Shown: piece by piece, positions 1 through 11,839 of the stretch
Layout of the letters: every line of letters begins with the position of its first letter
Position numbering within the stretch: position 1 is the first letter of the stretch
Origin: Octopus bimaculoides
Taxonomy: Eukaryota
Assembly: GCF_001194135.2 (NCBI RefSeq)
Contig: NC_068983.1
Location: 146,146,902-146,210,901 of the forward strand
Length of the DNA stretch: 64,000 bases
Reading direction: 5' to 3'
The notes under the pieces: generated by a model
What the model was told of the DNA's origin: nothing
What the model saw: the letters and a program-made list of their open reading frames with translations, nothing else
The model's database searches: none
Program-made: the position numbers and the translations under genes

Positions 1-200
1 GTTTTCGTGCGGGTGACACGTAAAAGCACCCACTACACTCTCTGAGTGGTTGGCGTTAGGAAGGGCATCCAGCTGTAGAAACTCTGCCAAATCAGACTGG
101 AGCCTGGTGTTGCCATCCGGTTTCACCAGTCCTCAGTCAAATCGTCCAACCCATGCTAGCATGGAAAGCGGACGTTAAACGATGATGATGATGATGATGA
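1..200 (+). mobile_element. Abundant interspersed repeat ending in (GAT)n, probably an RTE-LINE 3' end or its derived SINE tail
   Basis: Motif AAAAGCACCCACTACAC...GGAAGGGCATCCAGCTGTAGAAAC...CCATGCTAGCATGGAAAGCGGACGTTAAAC(GAT)n. More than 12 further copies occur in the window (e.g. about 5990, 11840, 21420, 25340, 27240, 33350, 34380, 39320, 40620, 46100, 53660). The decayed RTE fragment at 45.5-46.1 kb ends in a similar CATGCAAGCATG terminus. Confidence 0.8.
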
Positions 201-405
201 TTTATGTATGTATATTCTTTTGATCCTCAATCATGCATGCATGTAAGTGTATATATATTTGTATCTTGTTTGCCTAAACATTTGCATACTTAGTGAATAC
301 ATATCTAGCTATTGAGATGACCATTGTTTGAAGGACTAGAGAAAATATTAGGGTAAGTGACACGAAAAACATTTGGCCATAGAAAACCTGCCTTAACAAG
401 TTTCA

Positions 406-1634
406 TTTTGGGTGCTTTTAGCAAAGTGCAATTTGTTGCAAACCTAGTCTCCAATCAGAGGATGGTGTCTTCTTCCATTCCTACAAGCAATCACAGAGAC
501 CCTAACTAAGATAGAGAAAAGAAGTATCACCTATATGAAATTATATTTACAATAAAATATACAAAATACTTTGAGTTAAAAAAAAAATCTCACTAATGCC
601 TGTCACATGAAAAAAAAAACCTACCCAGTACAGACTATAAAGTGGTTGGCATTAGGAAGGGCATCCAGCTGTAGAAATCATGCATGGAAAAGTGAACATT
701 AAAACAATTATGATGATGATGATGGTAATGGCTAGAAAATCATATAGGTCTGTTCAATAAAGGTTGTCTTGGGGCTAAACAAAAACAACAACTCAATACA
801 AAATTATAACTGTGATAATAAACAATATTCTTTACCTTTACAATCTCCAGACAATACTCTCCATCGTAGCGCCGTTCCAGTCCACTACACCTAAAACAAT
901 AAGATATACATATGCACTAATAAAACGTAACAAAAAATACTGTAAATACCTGTCCATTCATTTTACGTTTTCTTATGTTGGCAAAGGTTGGACAATGAAA
1001 GACAAATTCAATTGCTAGCATGATCTGATCTCAAGATGTAAAGAAAGACAGTTTAATATTGCAAGATATTTCTGACCCTCAATCCCACAAAGTAAATAAG
1101 GAAATGGCTCAGAGATACCAGTGTGGTTACAGTATTTACTTTTCAAGTACATAGTTATGGTTTGATCCTACCACACAGTACTCAGGGTAAGTATCTTCAA
1201 CTATAGACCCAAATTAATCATAGCTTCAAATTGACCAAAACCTCATGAGTGAAATTTAGTAAACGGAAACTTTGTGGAAACCCAGTGGAAAGACAGTTCT
1301 CATTCTAGGGTGGGAGACTCTATCTGTTACCATTTTAACCCCCACCAGATGGCTTTTGGGTGCTTTTAGCAAAGTGCAATTTGTTGCAAACCTAGTCTCC
1401 AATCAGAGGATGGTGTCTTCTTCCATTCCTACAAGCAATCACAGAGACCCTAACTAAGATAGAGAAAAGAAGTATCACCTATATGAGATTATATTTACAA
1501 TAAAATATACAAAATACTTTGAGTTAAAAAAAAAATTCTCACTAATGCCTGTCACATGAAAAAAAAAAACCTACCCAGTACAGACTATAAAGTGGTTGGC
1601 ATTAGGAAGGGCAACCAGCTGTAGAAATCATGCA
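406..1634 (+). repeat. Near-identical direct duplication of about 280 bp (406-684 and 1354-1634)
   Basis: TTTTGGGTGCTTTTAGCAAAGTGC...GTAGAAATCATGCA occurs twice, about 950 bp apart, with only a few substitutions and homopolymer length differences. Confidence 0.95.
836..890 (-). CDS. CIROP: Coding exon 3 of leishmanolysin-like peptidase (CIROP/LMLN2-like)
   Basis: Acceptor ttattgttttag|G and donor AAG|gtaaag. The 55-nt exon enters in phase 2 and exits in phase 0, translating (K)CSGLERRYDGEYCLEIVK. This resembles the human CIROP segment RCSLLNPGYKGESCLGAK as I recall it. Phase matches the preceding exon. Confidence 0.88.
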
Positions 1635-1714
1635 AAAGATGACATTGGAGCTTGATGTGGCCATTCAACCCATGCCAGTACAGAAGGCAGACATTAACTG
1701 GCAACGGTATATAT

Positions 1715-2015
1715 GAAGGCGCATGGCTTAGTGGTTAGGGTGTTGCACTCACGATTGCAAGATCATGGGTTCAATTCCCAGACCAGGCATTGCATTGTGT
1801 TCTTGAGTAAAACACTTCATTTCACATTGCTCTGCAATCATTTCATCATCTAACATGTGGCACATGGTGCACCTGTACAGGTAATGTCAATTTGATGGAA
1901 GGAGTGAGGTTATGTGTATACAAACATTTGATCACTATAAAACAAATCATCTGTGTGATTGTTCGGCAAGAAATTGCTGAACCCTCATACATCGTTTAAT
2001 GATGGGAGAATCCAT
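1715..2015 (+). mobile_element. tRNA-derived SINE
   Basis: Head with A-box (TGGCTTAGTGG) and B-box (GGTTCAATTCCC), followed by a non-tRNA body and (TA)n. Related heads at about 34005 and 37115. Confidence 0.8.
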
Positions 2016-2016
2016 G

Positions 2017-2049
<33 letters not shown>

Positions 2050-3080
2050 NNNNNNNNNNNNNNNNNNNNNNNNNNNNNNNNNNNNNNNNNNNNNNNNNNN
2101 NNNNNNNNNNNNNNNNNNNNNNNNNNNNNNNNNNNNNNNNNNNNNNNNNNNNNNNNNNNNNNNNNNNNNNNNNNNNNNNNNNNNNNNNNNNNNNNNNNNN
2201 NNNNNNNNNNNNNNNNNNNNNNNNNNNNNNNNNNNNNNNNNNNNNNNNNNNNNNNNNNNNNNNNNNNNNNNNNNNNNNNNNNNNNNNNNNNNNNNNNNNN
2301 NNNNNNNNNNNNNNNNNNNNNNNNNNNNNNNNNNNNNNNNNNNNNNNNNNNNNNNNNNNNNNNNNNNNNNNNNNNNNNNNNNNNNNNNNNNNNNNNNNNN
2401 ATATATATATATATATATAGGTTCAAAAAAGGAAAACGACAAAAAAACAACAACGTGAGGACGTGATACAGATTGTGTTACTGGATGCTCGGGAAAGGAA
2501 CAAAAGATGGAAACATTGGAGATAAACTAGTGCTTTCAACCAAAAATACCCAGCAGGCACATGCACACCCTCATCATCCTCACTACTATAACTACAGTGA
2601 ACCAGTGATTAGTTCACAGGAAAACCATAACCAACATTGCTATTGTTCACAAAATGCAATATAAAATAAATATGAAAAATTCTCATACACAGTAAGGGAT
2701 TAAATATATAGTGAACTGCATTGACACACCATAAGATTAACTACATAATAAACTATACTAATATAGTATGAATTAACTAAATAGTAAAATAAAATGGATC
2801 TGAGTTGGAAATTCTGGCTATGAATCTTCAGTTGCTGAATCAATTGCTCAATCTGTTCACTGTAGAATGAGGCAATTACATGTGGCTGTTAGAACATTGG
2901 TAATTTGACACAGCTGCCTAATTAAACACTGAACCTGTTTTGGCAACAGTGCATTTTGGCACTAGAGGCTAACACATACACACACTGATGCATACATGCA
3001 CGCACGCACAGAAAGTGAGTTATTAATTGAACACGACTGACATAAACATTTTCCCTCTCCCCATACACATATACAGTGAC

Positions 3081-3112
<32 letters not shown>

Positions 3113-3559
3113 GGAGGCAAAGAGAGAGACAAGGGGAGGGAGAGAAAGAGAGAACAAGAGAAATAATAAAACATCTCATGTCAAATAGGTCAGTGTTGAG
3201 ATGTACAATTAATTTGATAAGCTTTCACTTAGTTGCCATATATTCATTTGCATTCACAAAACTTGGATCAACCTGCCAAACACAGAACTTCATGATTGCG
3301 AAGCAAATTTCTAAACCATTTGGCCATGTGACATCTACTATACTATATTTATATAACAAGAGATTAATACATCATGAGATAAACTATATATAGTAAACTT
3401 CATTAACAGAACAAGAATTAACAATATAGTAAATAATGCTAGCGAGTGCCAATGACTATACAGTAAACTGTACAAATAGACCAGGTCACTAGCTATATAG
3501 TGAACTATACAAATAAAGCATGCTATTAACTATAAAGTAAGCTGTACAAAATAACTTAC

Positions 3560-3638
3560 TTGTGTTTGTTTGGTCCATCACTCCACTTAGTGTGGCAGGC
3601 AGAACGAGCCAGGAGCAGAGAATTCAAAGCACGAACAA
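3560..3638 (-). CDS. CIROP: Coding exon 2 of leishmanolysin-like peptidase (CIROP/LMLN2-like)
   Basis: Acceptor tttttctcattacag| and donor AA|gtaagt. The 79-nt exon is phase 1 in and phase 2 out, translating (V)VRALNSLLLARSACHTKWSDGPNKH(K). This resembles CIROP V..GPLLLSR...YCHAVW....PNYHR. Confidence 0.9.
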
Positions 3639-4225
3639 CTGTAATGAGAAAAACCAGAGTTAGACAAATTTACAAAGGTTTCCATAACTGGATATAGACT
3701 GTGTCTTTTAATGAATTAAAGATATGAGTTTGCTACATATACTTCTGGAAATAATCTCATCATATTAAACATTGCACTAGGTGTCTAGTGTCTTAGGAAA
3801 TCTGAAGAATATTTAGTCATCCATCATAGAACAGAATGAGGGAAGGAATTATTTCCCTTCCTTAATTCTAACCATACCTGTTCTATGCTTCTGCTGTTGT
3901 TTCCCAAAAATCGGGCCATGGCAAAATGCTGTGGGACCAGAGAGAAATTTTGAAAGTTAGGAAGAAATAGAGTGAAAATTACCTCAATTTCTTCCTAAAC
4001 TTTTCTATTACTGTCTGTAACTCTTTAAAATTTACACACCCTGCATTTTACATATCTTAATTTGCCATAACAATCATTTGATTGCTGAATAATAATTTAT
4101 TAATGATTAATAAAGTATTGAGTTGGCAGTGGTAAGTCTGGTATGACTGTCTTATTGCTCTTAGATACATTATTTTGTTACTTAAAGCAAACATTAAAAA
4201 AAAGCACATAGGTTACATATGTTAC

Positions 4226-4440
4226 AAGGCAGCAAGCTGACCGAATTGTGAGCCCACCAAACAAAATGCTTGGATGGCATTTTGACCGTTTTCATGTTCT
4301 GAGTTTAAATTCTGCCAAGGTCAAATTTGCCTTTCATCTTTTCAGGGTCAATAAAATAAGAACCAGCTCAGCACTGGGGTTGATGAAATTAACTTACCAC
4401 TTCCCCTGAAATTTCTGGCCTTGTGCCAAATTTGAAACAA
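4226..4440 (+). mobile_element. SINE with conserved GCCTTTCATCCTTTCGGGGTCGATAAAATAAGTACCAG-type core (Meta-core-like)
   Basis: Head AAGGCAGCAAGCTG...TTCTGAGTTTAAATTCTGCC, the core motif, and tail GCCTTGTGCCAAATTTGAAAC. Many copies elsewhere (about 6770, 7685, 17620, 20240, 20570, 22320, 22980-23990, 25010, 26690, 27040, 27540, 31600, 42070, 55460). The superfamily assignment is from memory. Confidence 0.75.
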
Positions 4441-4587
4441 ACACGTTATATATGTTTCATTTGTAACAATGCAAGTTGATGGTTAAAATATTATAGTCGT
4501 GTTAGCAACAAAAAAAAAATTCCAAGAAATACTAAAATGAACAAATGATATGCAAGAACTAAAAGACAACAGCAGAATAGCACAAAC

Positions 4588-4873
4588 CTGATAGAAGCTG
4601 GCTGATTTTAGAAATTGCTCTGTTAACAACTTTTTTCAAAAGTGATGATATTACAACATCATTGAAGTCCAAAAAGAAAGGTGATATGCGGATTGGCATA
4701 AATTTTGAAGCAGATCTCCGCAGTCTAGTTTCTGATGGGCTTTGCTCATACTGTAAATATTGTTGTACCAAATTTGTTGTCTGCACTTTATCATGCAAGC
4801 ATTCTGCTTTCAATCTTGCAACTGCTAACAGGAGGACAACCAATACAACCAAAAGCAAATATAGTCTGTACAT
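4588..4873 (-). CDS. CIROP: First coding exon of leishmanolysin-like M8 metallopeptidase (CIROP/LMLN2-like); the exon with its 5'UTR spans 4588-4992
   Basis: ATG at 4873 with A at -3. Signal-peptide-like MYRLYLLLVVLVVLLLAVARLKAE, then CLHD (CIROP RCLHD), a furin-type RLRR, and MPIRI (CIROP QPLRI). Donor TCAG|gtttgt at 4587 is phase 1. An upstream acceptor tttttttatag| at 4993 implies a non-coding exon further upstream. The catalytic HExxH exons should lie left of the window. Confidence 0.88.
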
Positions 4874-5263
4874 TGTGATGGAGGCTGTGTTGTGTGACCA
4901 GCAGCTGGGAAGAGCTGGTATCACACACTGCTTTTATCAGAATCAATCAGGCAGCAAGTTCCACAAGACGGAATGTAATATCTACAGGTAACCTATAAAA
5001 AAATTTAAAATATTAAAAGAAAATTAAAAATTAAATACATAATTACATGCAGTGTTATTTGCTCATTATATTTTATTTTATTCTCTGTTGAAATAGTTCT
5101 GCTAAACTGAAACTTTAAAGTCATTATCCACTTTTTCCTTGCAAAATAAAATACATGTGATACTATGTTTAAAAGTATTGAGTGATCTTTCAATTAATGT
5201 TTTTATTTATAACCATAGTTAAAAAACAAACATTAGTGTGTGTGTGTTTGTGTGTATGCATGC

Positions 5264-5295
<32 letters not shown>

Positions 5296-6984
5296 AAGAG
5301 AGAGAATGTTCGTTTTTATGTTGTTATAATAAAAGCAATTTCACATTAATCTGAAGTATTACTGTATACTTTTGTAGAATACAAATTTATTATTATTAAA
5401 CAAGAATATCAACAACAACAAAAAATGCAAAGTGCTCAATGCACACCTACATTAGAAATGTGTAAAATGTACTGTAATTGTGTTGGTATACTGGATTGTT
5501 TCATTGTATCTAAAGGTTCCATGTAGTTGACATTAACCACTCATACTCGTTGATTTCTATCTCACCACCGATTCATACCAGCTACTGAAACCCTCAGGTA
5601 CAAGGAAATAATTCAGTTGACCAACTCATAAATGTAACTGACCAAACATGTTACAACTATAACAGACCAGACCAAATAACATGCTACAATTGTAGCTGAC
5701 CAAAAGTTATAAAACTATAACTGACTAAACAACTTGGACAAGTGATATAGAGCAAACAAATGTACAACTACAATTGAGCAAATAGATGTTACATTTATAA
5801 TTAATTGGACACATGTTGATTTACCAAACAATATATGTTACATTTAAAACTGAGCAAATAACAAGTATTACAACTACAGTAGATCACATAACTATGTAAC
5901 CACAGTGCTCAAAAAACATTGAGGAAACTGTGTTGAACAAAATGCAGGAGAGAAGCTTACAGAAATTAAACATTATGTGCCATTGCCACTGTAGAAGCAC
6001 CCAGCACACACTATAAAGTGATTGGTATTAGGAAGGGCATCCAGCTGTAGAAACTAAGCCAAATAAGACTGGAACCTGGTGCAACTCTCTGGCTTGCCAG
6101 CTCTGGTCAAACCATCCAGCCTATGCCAGCATGGAAAACGACCGTTAAAGGATGGTGGTGATGACAATGTAGTTAGTGAAAGCTGTAGGACTGGTGAAAT
6201 TGATAGAGCATCAGTTACAATCTTTTATATTCCGAGTTCAAACCCAACAGAGGTCAACTTTGCTTTCATCTTTCTGAAGTCAGTAAAATATAGTATGAGA
6301 GAAGTAATGGTGCTGATGTAATCCACAATACATTCCACATAAATAGGAATTATTAAAGCCGATGTTAGAAATTAATACTATGTAGTCAATACAAATAATA
6401 TTAATATAGTGGGATCTTAAAAGACTGAGAAGAAACAAAGTCTTATGGTGTAAATATGTGTCCCATTTGTACATGTTTGTTTTTGTTGTTTTATTTCTTC
6501 TTTAAACCCGATGTAGAAACCCCAACCATTTTTGTGCTTTGTAATATATCCCATATGTAGAGCATATTACAAAAGAATACCCTCCATTGAATGTGGCAAT
6601 TTAGGTTTTAGTTTTAATTCATCAACTAGTTTGACACCACTGATGGCCCTTGAGTGTGTTCAGAAGAGTTCAGACCACACTGGAGAAAATATCTTGGGTG
6701 CTGTCTTTCCTTAGTTATTAACAAAACAAATAAATAAAAAGGGACTATTATTGTTATTATTAATGCATCAAGCAGGCGGAATCATTAAGAGCAATGGAAA
6801 CAAAAAAAGGCCCCGAGTATTTGTTCTGGCTTTTAACATTCTGGTTTCAAATCCTGCCAAGACTAACTTTGTTTTACATCTCTTCAGCATTGATAGAATA
6901 AAATACCAATCAAGAACTGAGATCAACAGTATCAATTAACCCTTCCTCTCAAAATTGCTGGCCTTGCACCTAAACTAGAAATCC

Positions 6985-7195
6985 TTACTCTTTTACTCTT
7001 TTACTTGTTTCAGTCATTTGACTGTGGCCATGCTGGAGCATCGCCTTTCGTCGAGCAAATCGACCCCAGGACTTATTCTTTGTAAGCCTAGTACTTATTT
7101 TATCGGTCTCTTTTGCCGAACCGCTAAGTGATGGGGACATAAACACACCAGTATCGGTTGTCAAGCAATGCTACGGAGACAAACACAGACACACA

Positions 7196-7227
<32 letters not shown>

Positions 7228-7390
7228 CGACGAGCTTCTTTCAGTTTCCGTCTACCAAATCCACTCACAAGGCTTTGGTCAGCCCGAGGCTATAGTAGAA
7301 GACACTTGCCCAAGATGCCATGCAGTGGGACTGAACCCGGAACCATGTGGTTGGTAAGCAAGCTACTTACCACACAGCCACTCCTACACC
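6985..7390 (-). mobile_element. Composite tRNA-derived SINE with internal (TA)n/(TG)n microsatellite
   Basis: On the minus strand: head GGTGTAGGAGTGGCTGTGTGGTAAGTAGC...GGTTCAGTCCC, then GAAAGAAGCTCGTCG, a microsatellite, and tail ...CCAGCATGGCCACAGTCAAATGACTGAAACAAGTAAAAGAG. Same layout as the copies at 19065, 22496 and 40410. Confidence 0.88.
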
Positions 7391-7603
7391 TATTTATTAT
7401 TTATTTATTGTAAGGTATCAGTCAAGTACTGGGGGTCAATGTAATCGATTGTCCCCTTCCCCTAAGTTTCAAGCCTTGTGCCTATAGTAGAAAAGATTAT
7501 TATTATTATTGCCTTTGCACGGCTTCTAATGCTGCAGATGTATTACAGTGTCAGCTGTTCACTACCAGTGAACTAAGGCAACACCTCTTATTTTTCAAGC
7601 ACC

Positions 7604-7673
<70 letters not shown>

Positions 7674-7899
7674 TTTATTTATTAAAGTGGTGAGCTGGCA
7701 GAAGCATTAGCATGCTGTGCAAAATGCTTAGCGACCTTTTGTCTGTTTTCATGTTCTGAGTTCAGATTCTGCCAAAGTTGACTTTGCTGTTCATCCTTTA
7801 TGGGCCAAGAAAAATAAGTACCAGTTAAGCACTGGGGTCAAAGTAATTGACTAAGCCCCCTCGGCTACAGCCAACGTTGAGATGGGGAGAAAAAAATAG

Positions 7900-10152
7900 G
7901 AATCAACTAGTACTTGATATATACTATATTTATTGATCCTAAAAACAATCAAAGTGTGATTCGAATTAAGGAAAGCTGAGGAGAATCCTGCAAAGTATTT
8001 TAATCCAACGTTCAAAAGACTGCTTATTGGTCGCCTAAAAATAAATCAATAATCGATTTTATTCTGCTTGAAACGATGTGTGCGAGTGTTAGCGATTAAC
8101 AAAACTATGAAGTTGAATCGAGCACGGTCGAAATATTTAACATAACGAAATAAGTTTGAGTGTCACACTTTCAACTTTATCTTGTGACAAAGATATGATC
8201 TAAATATTAGAAAAAGAAAAAAAAAACAATATTATGAAAGTCCATAAATTTGTACATCAAAAGAGAAATAACATTCATAAAACGGATCTATTGATACTTA
8301 ACCGACCATCCTTTATGCTCTTCTTTAACCAATTTAAGCTTCTACGTAAACAAAAACAAAATATTGTTCGCAGAGTTCAAATCCCGATCGTCCCTCAAAT
8401 TTATAGCCGTTTCAACCATCAAACTGTGGTTAAGTGTAAAGAGTTCTTTCTGTTCCTTAAAGCAAAACTTTTACCACTTTATAAACTGTTTGCATCCACT
8501 ATTTGCCGACGCACAACACGCCTACTTTCTTTGATTTCTACTTTCCCAGTTAAACAAGAAGATAGTTGCACAATTTTCAAAATAAACGTTTAATGATCCC
8601 CAAAATGTGATCAAAAGTTGTGTGTCGAGCAATTTTAGATACTTCGATTTCTGAATTTCCATTATTACTTCCTCCATCCTGATGGAGATAATCGTAAGGC
8701 TAAATAAAATAACTTATTCCTTTCACAACTACTAACATTTCTATCGTACCAGAAAGTAAACAGGTTTCTTAAAATAAAAAAACCTAACAAGAATTTGAAA
8801 CTCCTACAACGTTCAGATTGGCAACCAAGCTTCCGATCATTATTGATTTGTGGTTGATTTTCTTTTAGATGTTAACTTTGCAAAGTTGACTTGCAGGAAT
8901 GGAATTTTCTAAAGCTCCTATTTTTGTTATATTTTTACTATCAAACTTTAACAAAAAATAATAAATTATCTGATGGCATTTATACACAAATAAATATTTA
9001 GATAGTTAGGATGTTTTGAGGAAGATGACAAACTATTATGAAGTTTAAATATATTTCCTGCAACCAAATTTATATCTATAAATATTGTCAGATTTGTAAA
9101 TAGATGCAGTGATATCGCGATGTAAACAAAGTGAAAATCGATAAATACCAATGAATAAATTAAGCAAAGTATCCCTTTGATTTAGCGCTTAATACTTCTC
9201 TTTAGTATTTTTTATAAATAGGATGGAATTGTTTTAAGCATTAACTAAATATATCGAAGAAAAGTTTAATAAAAGGGAGAAAAAGTGCCAGCTGCCATTT
9301 TGGAAAGGAAAAAAAGAAGAAGAAACGAAAAGATAAGAAAGCAAGATCCTATCTGTCTAAAAAAATATATTTGAAATAAACTACCTTTTCATATGTTAAA
9401 TAATTGAATAAACTAACTCTAAATGCGAAAATATATCGTGTCTTAAAAGAATTAGCTAAATTATTGATGTCTTTAAAGCACCACATGACTAAAAGATTCT
9501 CCAGATTCAGAAGGAAGAAAATATTGGCGATAAAGCATAAGGTTGATCATTCACTAAGAAAATTAGTGACGTTAATGAAGTTAAACGAAAGGATTTTTAT
9601 ATTAATTATTGATAAATAAAGATATGTTAGTTTATACTGCAAAGAACACGCAGCGATTTCAACTATAATTCCATCACATTACATCGACACCGGGAAGCAG
9701 TCAACAACGTAAAAACTTTTCAGAGCGCGTGAGAAAGATGTGAGGATGAAAAGTTTTCTGTTCTTTACTACCGATCGACAACACAAGAATTATATGATGA
9801 CAGAACTCGGAACGTTAGGGAAGAACAGCAACAATAAGAAATATATTTTAAATAATACAAAGCAATTCTTCAGGGGGGAAAAAAAAGTAAACATCGTAAT
9901 GATGATAGCTTTGAAAGCAGGCTTACTGAGTACTCACATCATAAAATGGGACAGGAGTGCTGTCTCCAACATAACAGAACTGATGCTGAAAGAGAAATTA
10001 CAGCGAATCTTTCTCTCTCCCTCCCTCTCTCAAACTCTTTCGCATATACACTATTTTTTGCATACTTCTAGTAAACATGTGTGTGTGTGTATACTATTGT
10101 GTTTGGGGAGAGTCATTTTCTTTTTGTGCCTTATAATTTAACACACTCACCG
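7900..10152. promoter_or_regulatory. Repeat-poor, CpG-retaining block; candidate promoter or first-exon region
   Basis: CpG is visibly more frequent than in either flank, SINEs are absent, and the block lies upstream of the CIROP-like gene. Donor-like sites occur on both strands at 10150-10153. Not quantified. Confidence 0.35.
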
Positions 10153-10230
10153 GTAAAATTTCCACTTATTTCTTATTTTTATTTTCCTAACATTTTCGTT
10201 GCATTTTGCAACTTTTTCAATAGTCTTGAC

Positions 10231-10261
<31 letters not shown>

Positions 10262-10280
10262 ATGTATGTATGTATGTATT

Positions 10281-10315
<35 letters not shown>

Positions 10316-10346
10316 TAGGTTGAAAAGGAACACACGAGTTGATATG

Positions 10347-10758
10347 TATAAAGAAAAAAGTCAAGGTAGAAAATGCTAAAATAATTTTATCATAAAAAGC
10401 ATTTTAGTACTGGTTTCAGTCATTGAGACTTTATCAACTCTAAGAATGGAAAACAATTAAATTTTGAAAAAATTAAATGAAAAGTTTTTTTTTAAATATT
10501 GCATAGTATTCAAATACAAGGGGCATTTCTCTCAAACCCACAGGAGTAAACAAGAGAGACAGAGACAGGCAGAAACAACAAAAATGCCCCTTGTATTTGA
10601 ATACTATGCAATTATTTTTTTTTTAAACTTTTCATTTTATTTTTCCAAAATTTAATTGTTTTCCATTCTTAGAGTTGAAACAGTCTCAATGACTGAAACC
10701 AGTACTGAAATGTTTTTTATGATAAAATTATTTTAGCAGTTTCTACCTTGACTTTTTT

Positions 10759-10765
<7 letters not shown>
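10347..10765. mobile_element. Foldback element: inverted arms of about 183 bp (10347-10528 and 10582-10765), each with a decayed hammerhead; Penelope-like end
   Basis: The arms are near-perfect reverse complements around a 53-bp spacer, with TA-rich sequence at both ends. Each arm has TTGA(T/A)A(A/C)-AGTC-TCAAT-GACT-GAAA-CCAG-TA-CT. Confidence 0.85.
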
Positions 10766-10817
<52 letters not shown>

Positions 10818-11289
10818 TATTTGCAATCAAAACAGTTTGCCCAAGAAAGTTGAACATTGAAGAACTCGAAGAGATTTATAGTGATTTGTGTTGGAGGAGG
10901 CAGGGTCAACAAGGAGTCTTGCTGTCTGTAAACAGCAATGACCAAGAAATTTCTTTCTGTTTTCCAAGGTACACTAGCATTTTCCATTGATAATCTACTT
11001 CACTTGTAGAAAGTTTAGTCTTTCTATCAACCGTAACACTAAGATGAATGTTAGATCAATTGACAAATTAATTTAAGATTTGATATATTAAGCTCAACTC
11101 TACAAACTAAATTGATAATACAAACTAAATTGATGATTCAAAAAAAATTGATGATTTTAATTTGTGAATGAAGAAAGTGGTATTACCACAAGTTATGGTT
11201 ATCTTACTTCCCTTAAAATCATCAACAATTTAGGAGCATCAAAACGTGCATCGATATATGTTCAAGAGGTTCAATTTGTCATCATGTAG

Positions 11290-11650
11290 TTTCTGTATCA
11301 ATCACACTGCACAGCACCTTCTGCACATATTTCCTAACATAGCTTTATATCCCAAATCTTGCAAGTGAAGGCATGTAGAATCTGGTCCTAATTGCCAATC
11401 CAGTTTAATACCACTACTTGACACTTAGATGCATTTAACACAGTCCACTTTGTTGAAAGAATTTGGACAAAGTCAGTGGTCTGAAGATAATTTGATGTCT
11501 GAATACCCACTCCTTTGCTATCACTATAACCTACCAGAAGAATTATATTTTTGCTCTTCGCTCATGAGAAATCTAGCTGAGGTTCCCTTCCACCTTACTC
11601 TTTACATACAGCATACATCTACATTGATCTGTTCTAGCATTTGAATAATC
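11290..11650 (-). mobile_element. Decayed RTE-clade LINE fragment, APE endonuclease N-terminus
   Basis: The minus strand reads MLEQINVDVCCM*RVRWKGTSARFLM, matching the RTE endonuclease pattern ..VDVCCIQEVRWRG.SAR, with stops and frameshifts. Confidence 0.7.
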
Positions 11651-11839
11651 TCGGACCTACCTTTCATTGTACCGACGTTGATTTTGTGTGAGTTGTGTGT
11701 GTGTGTGTGTATAAATTGCGTATACTGCCAATGTATACCAATAGTATCTCACAGCCAGATGCCCTTACCATCACCAACTCTTTTATCACACAAAAACTGG
11801 GATACAAAGCAAATACAAAAGTACAACCCTGCTTGGATC

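Noticed and set aside
215-345. Possible fourth CIROP exon after the minus-strand acceptor-like attttctctag
   Set aside because: The required phase-0 frame hits a stop after 8 codons and lacks the expected IP..HL motif.
1715-1790. tRNA gene candidates (also the SINE heads at 19065, 22496, 28968, 39500)
   Set aside because: A and B boxes are present, but the acceptor stems do not pair and each continues into a repeated SINE body.
1947-2466. Long ORFs spanning N runs (also 19270-19592, 42439-43134, 43560-43880, 48795-49046)
   Set aside because: They are open only because of N gaps and (TA)n/(TG)n tracts.
4559-4924. The 121-aa ORF read as a standalone secreted neuropeptide or antimicrobial precursor (signal peptide, RLRR, amphipathic helix)
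   Set aside because: A donor at 4587 splices in frame to two further exons with CIROP-like motifs, so the last residues (GLCYSAVVF) are intron read-through.
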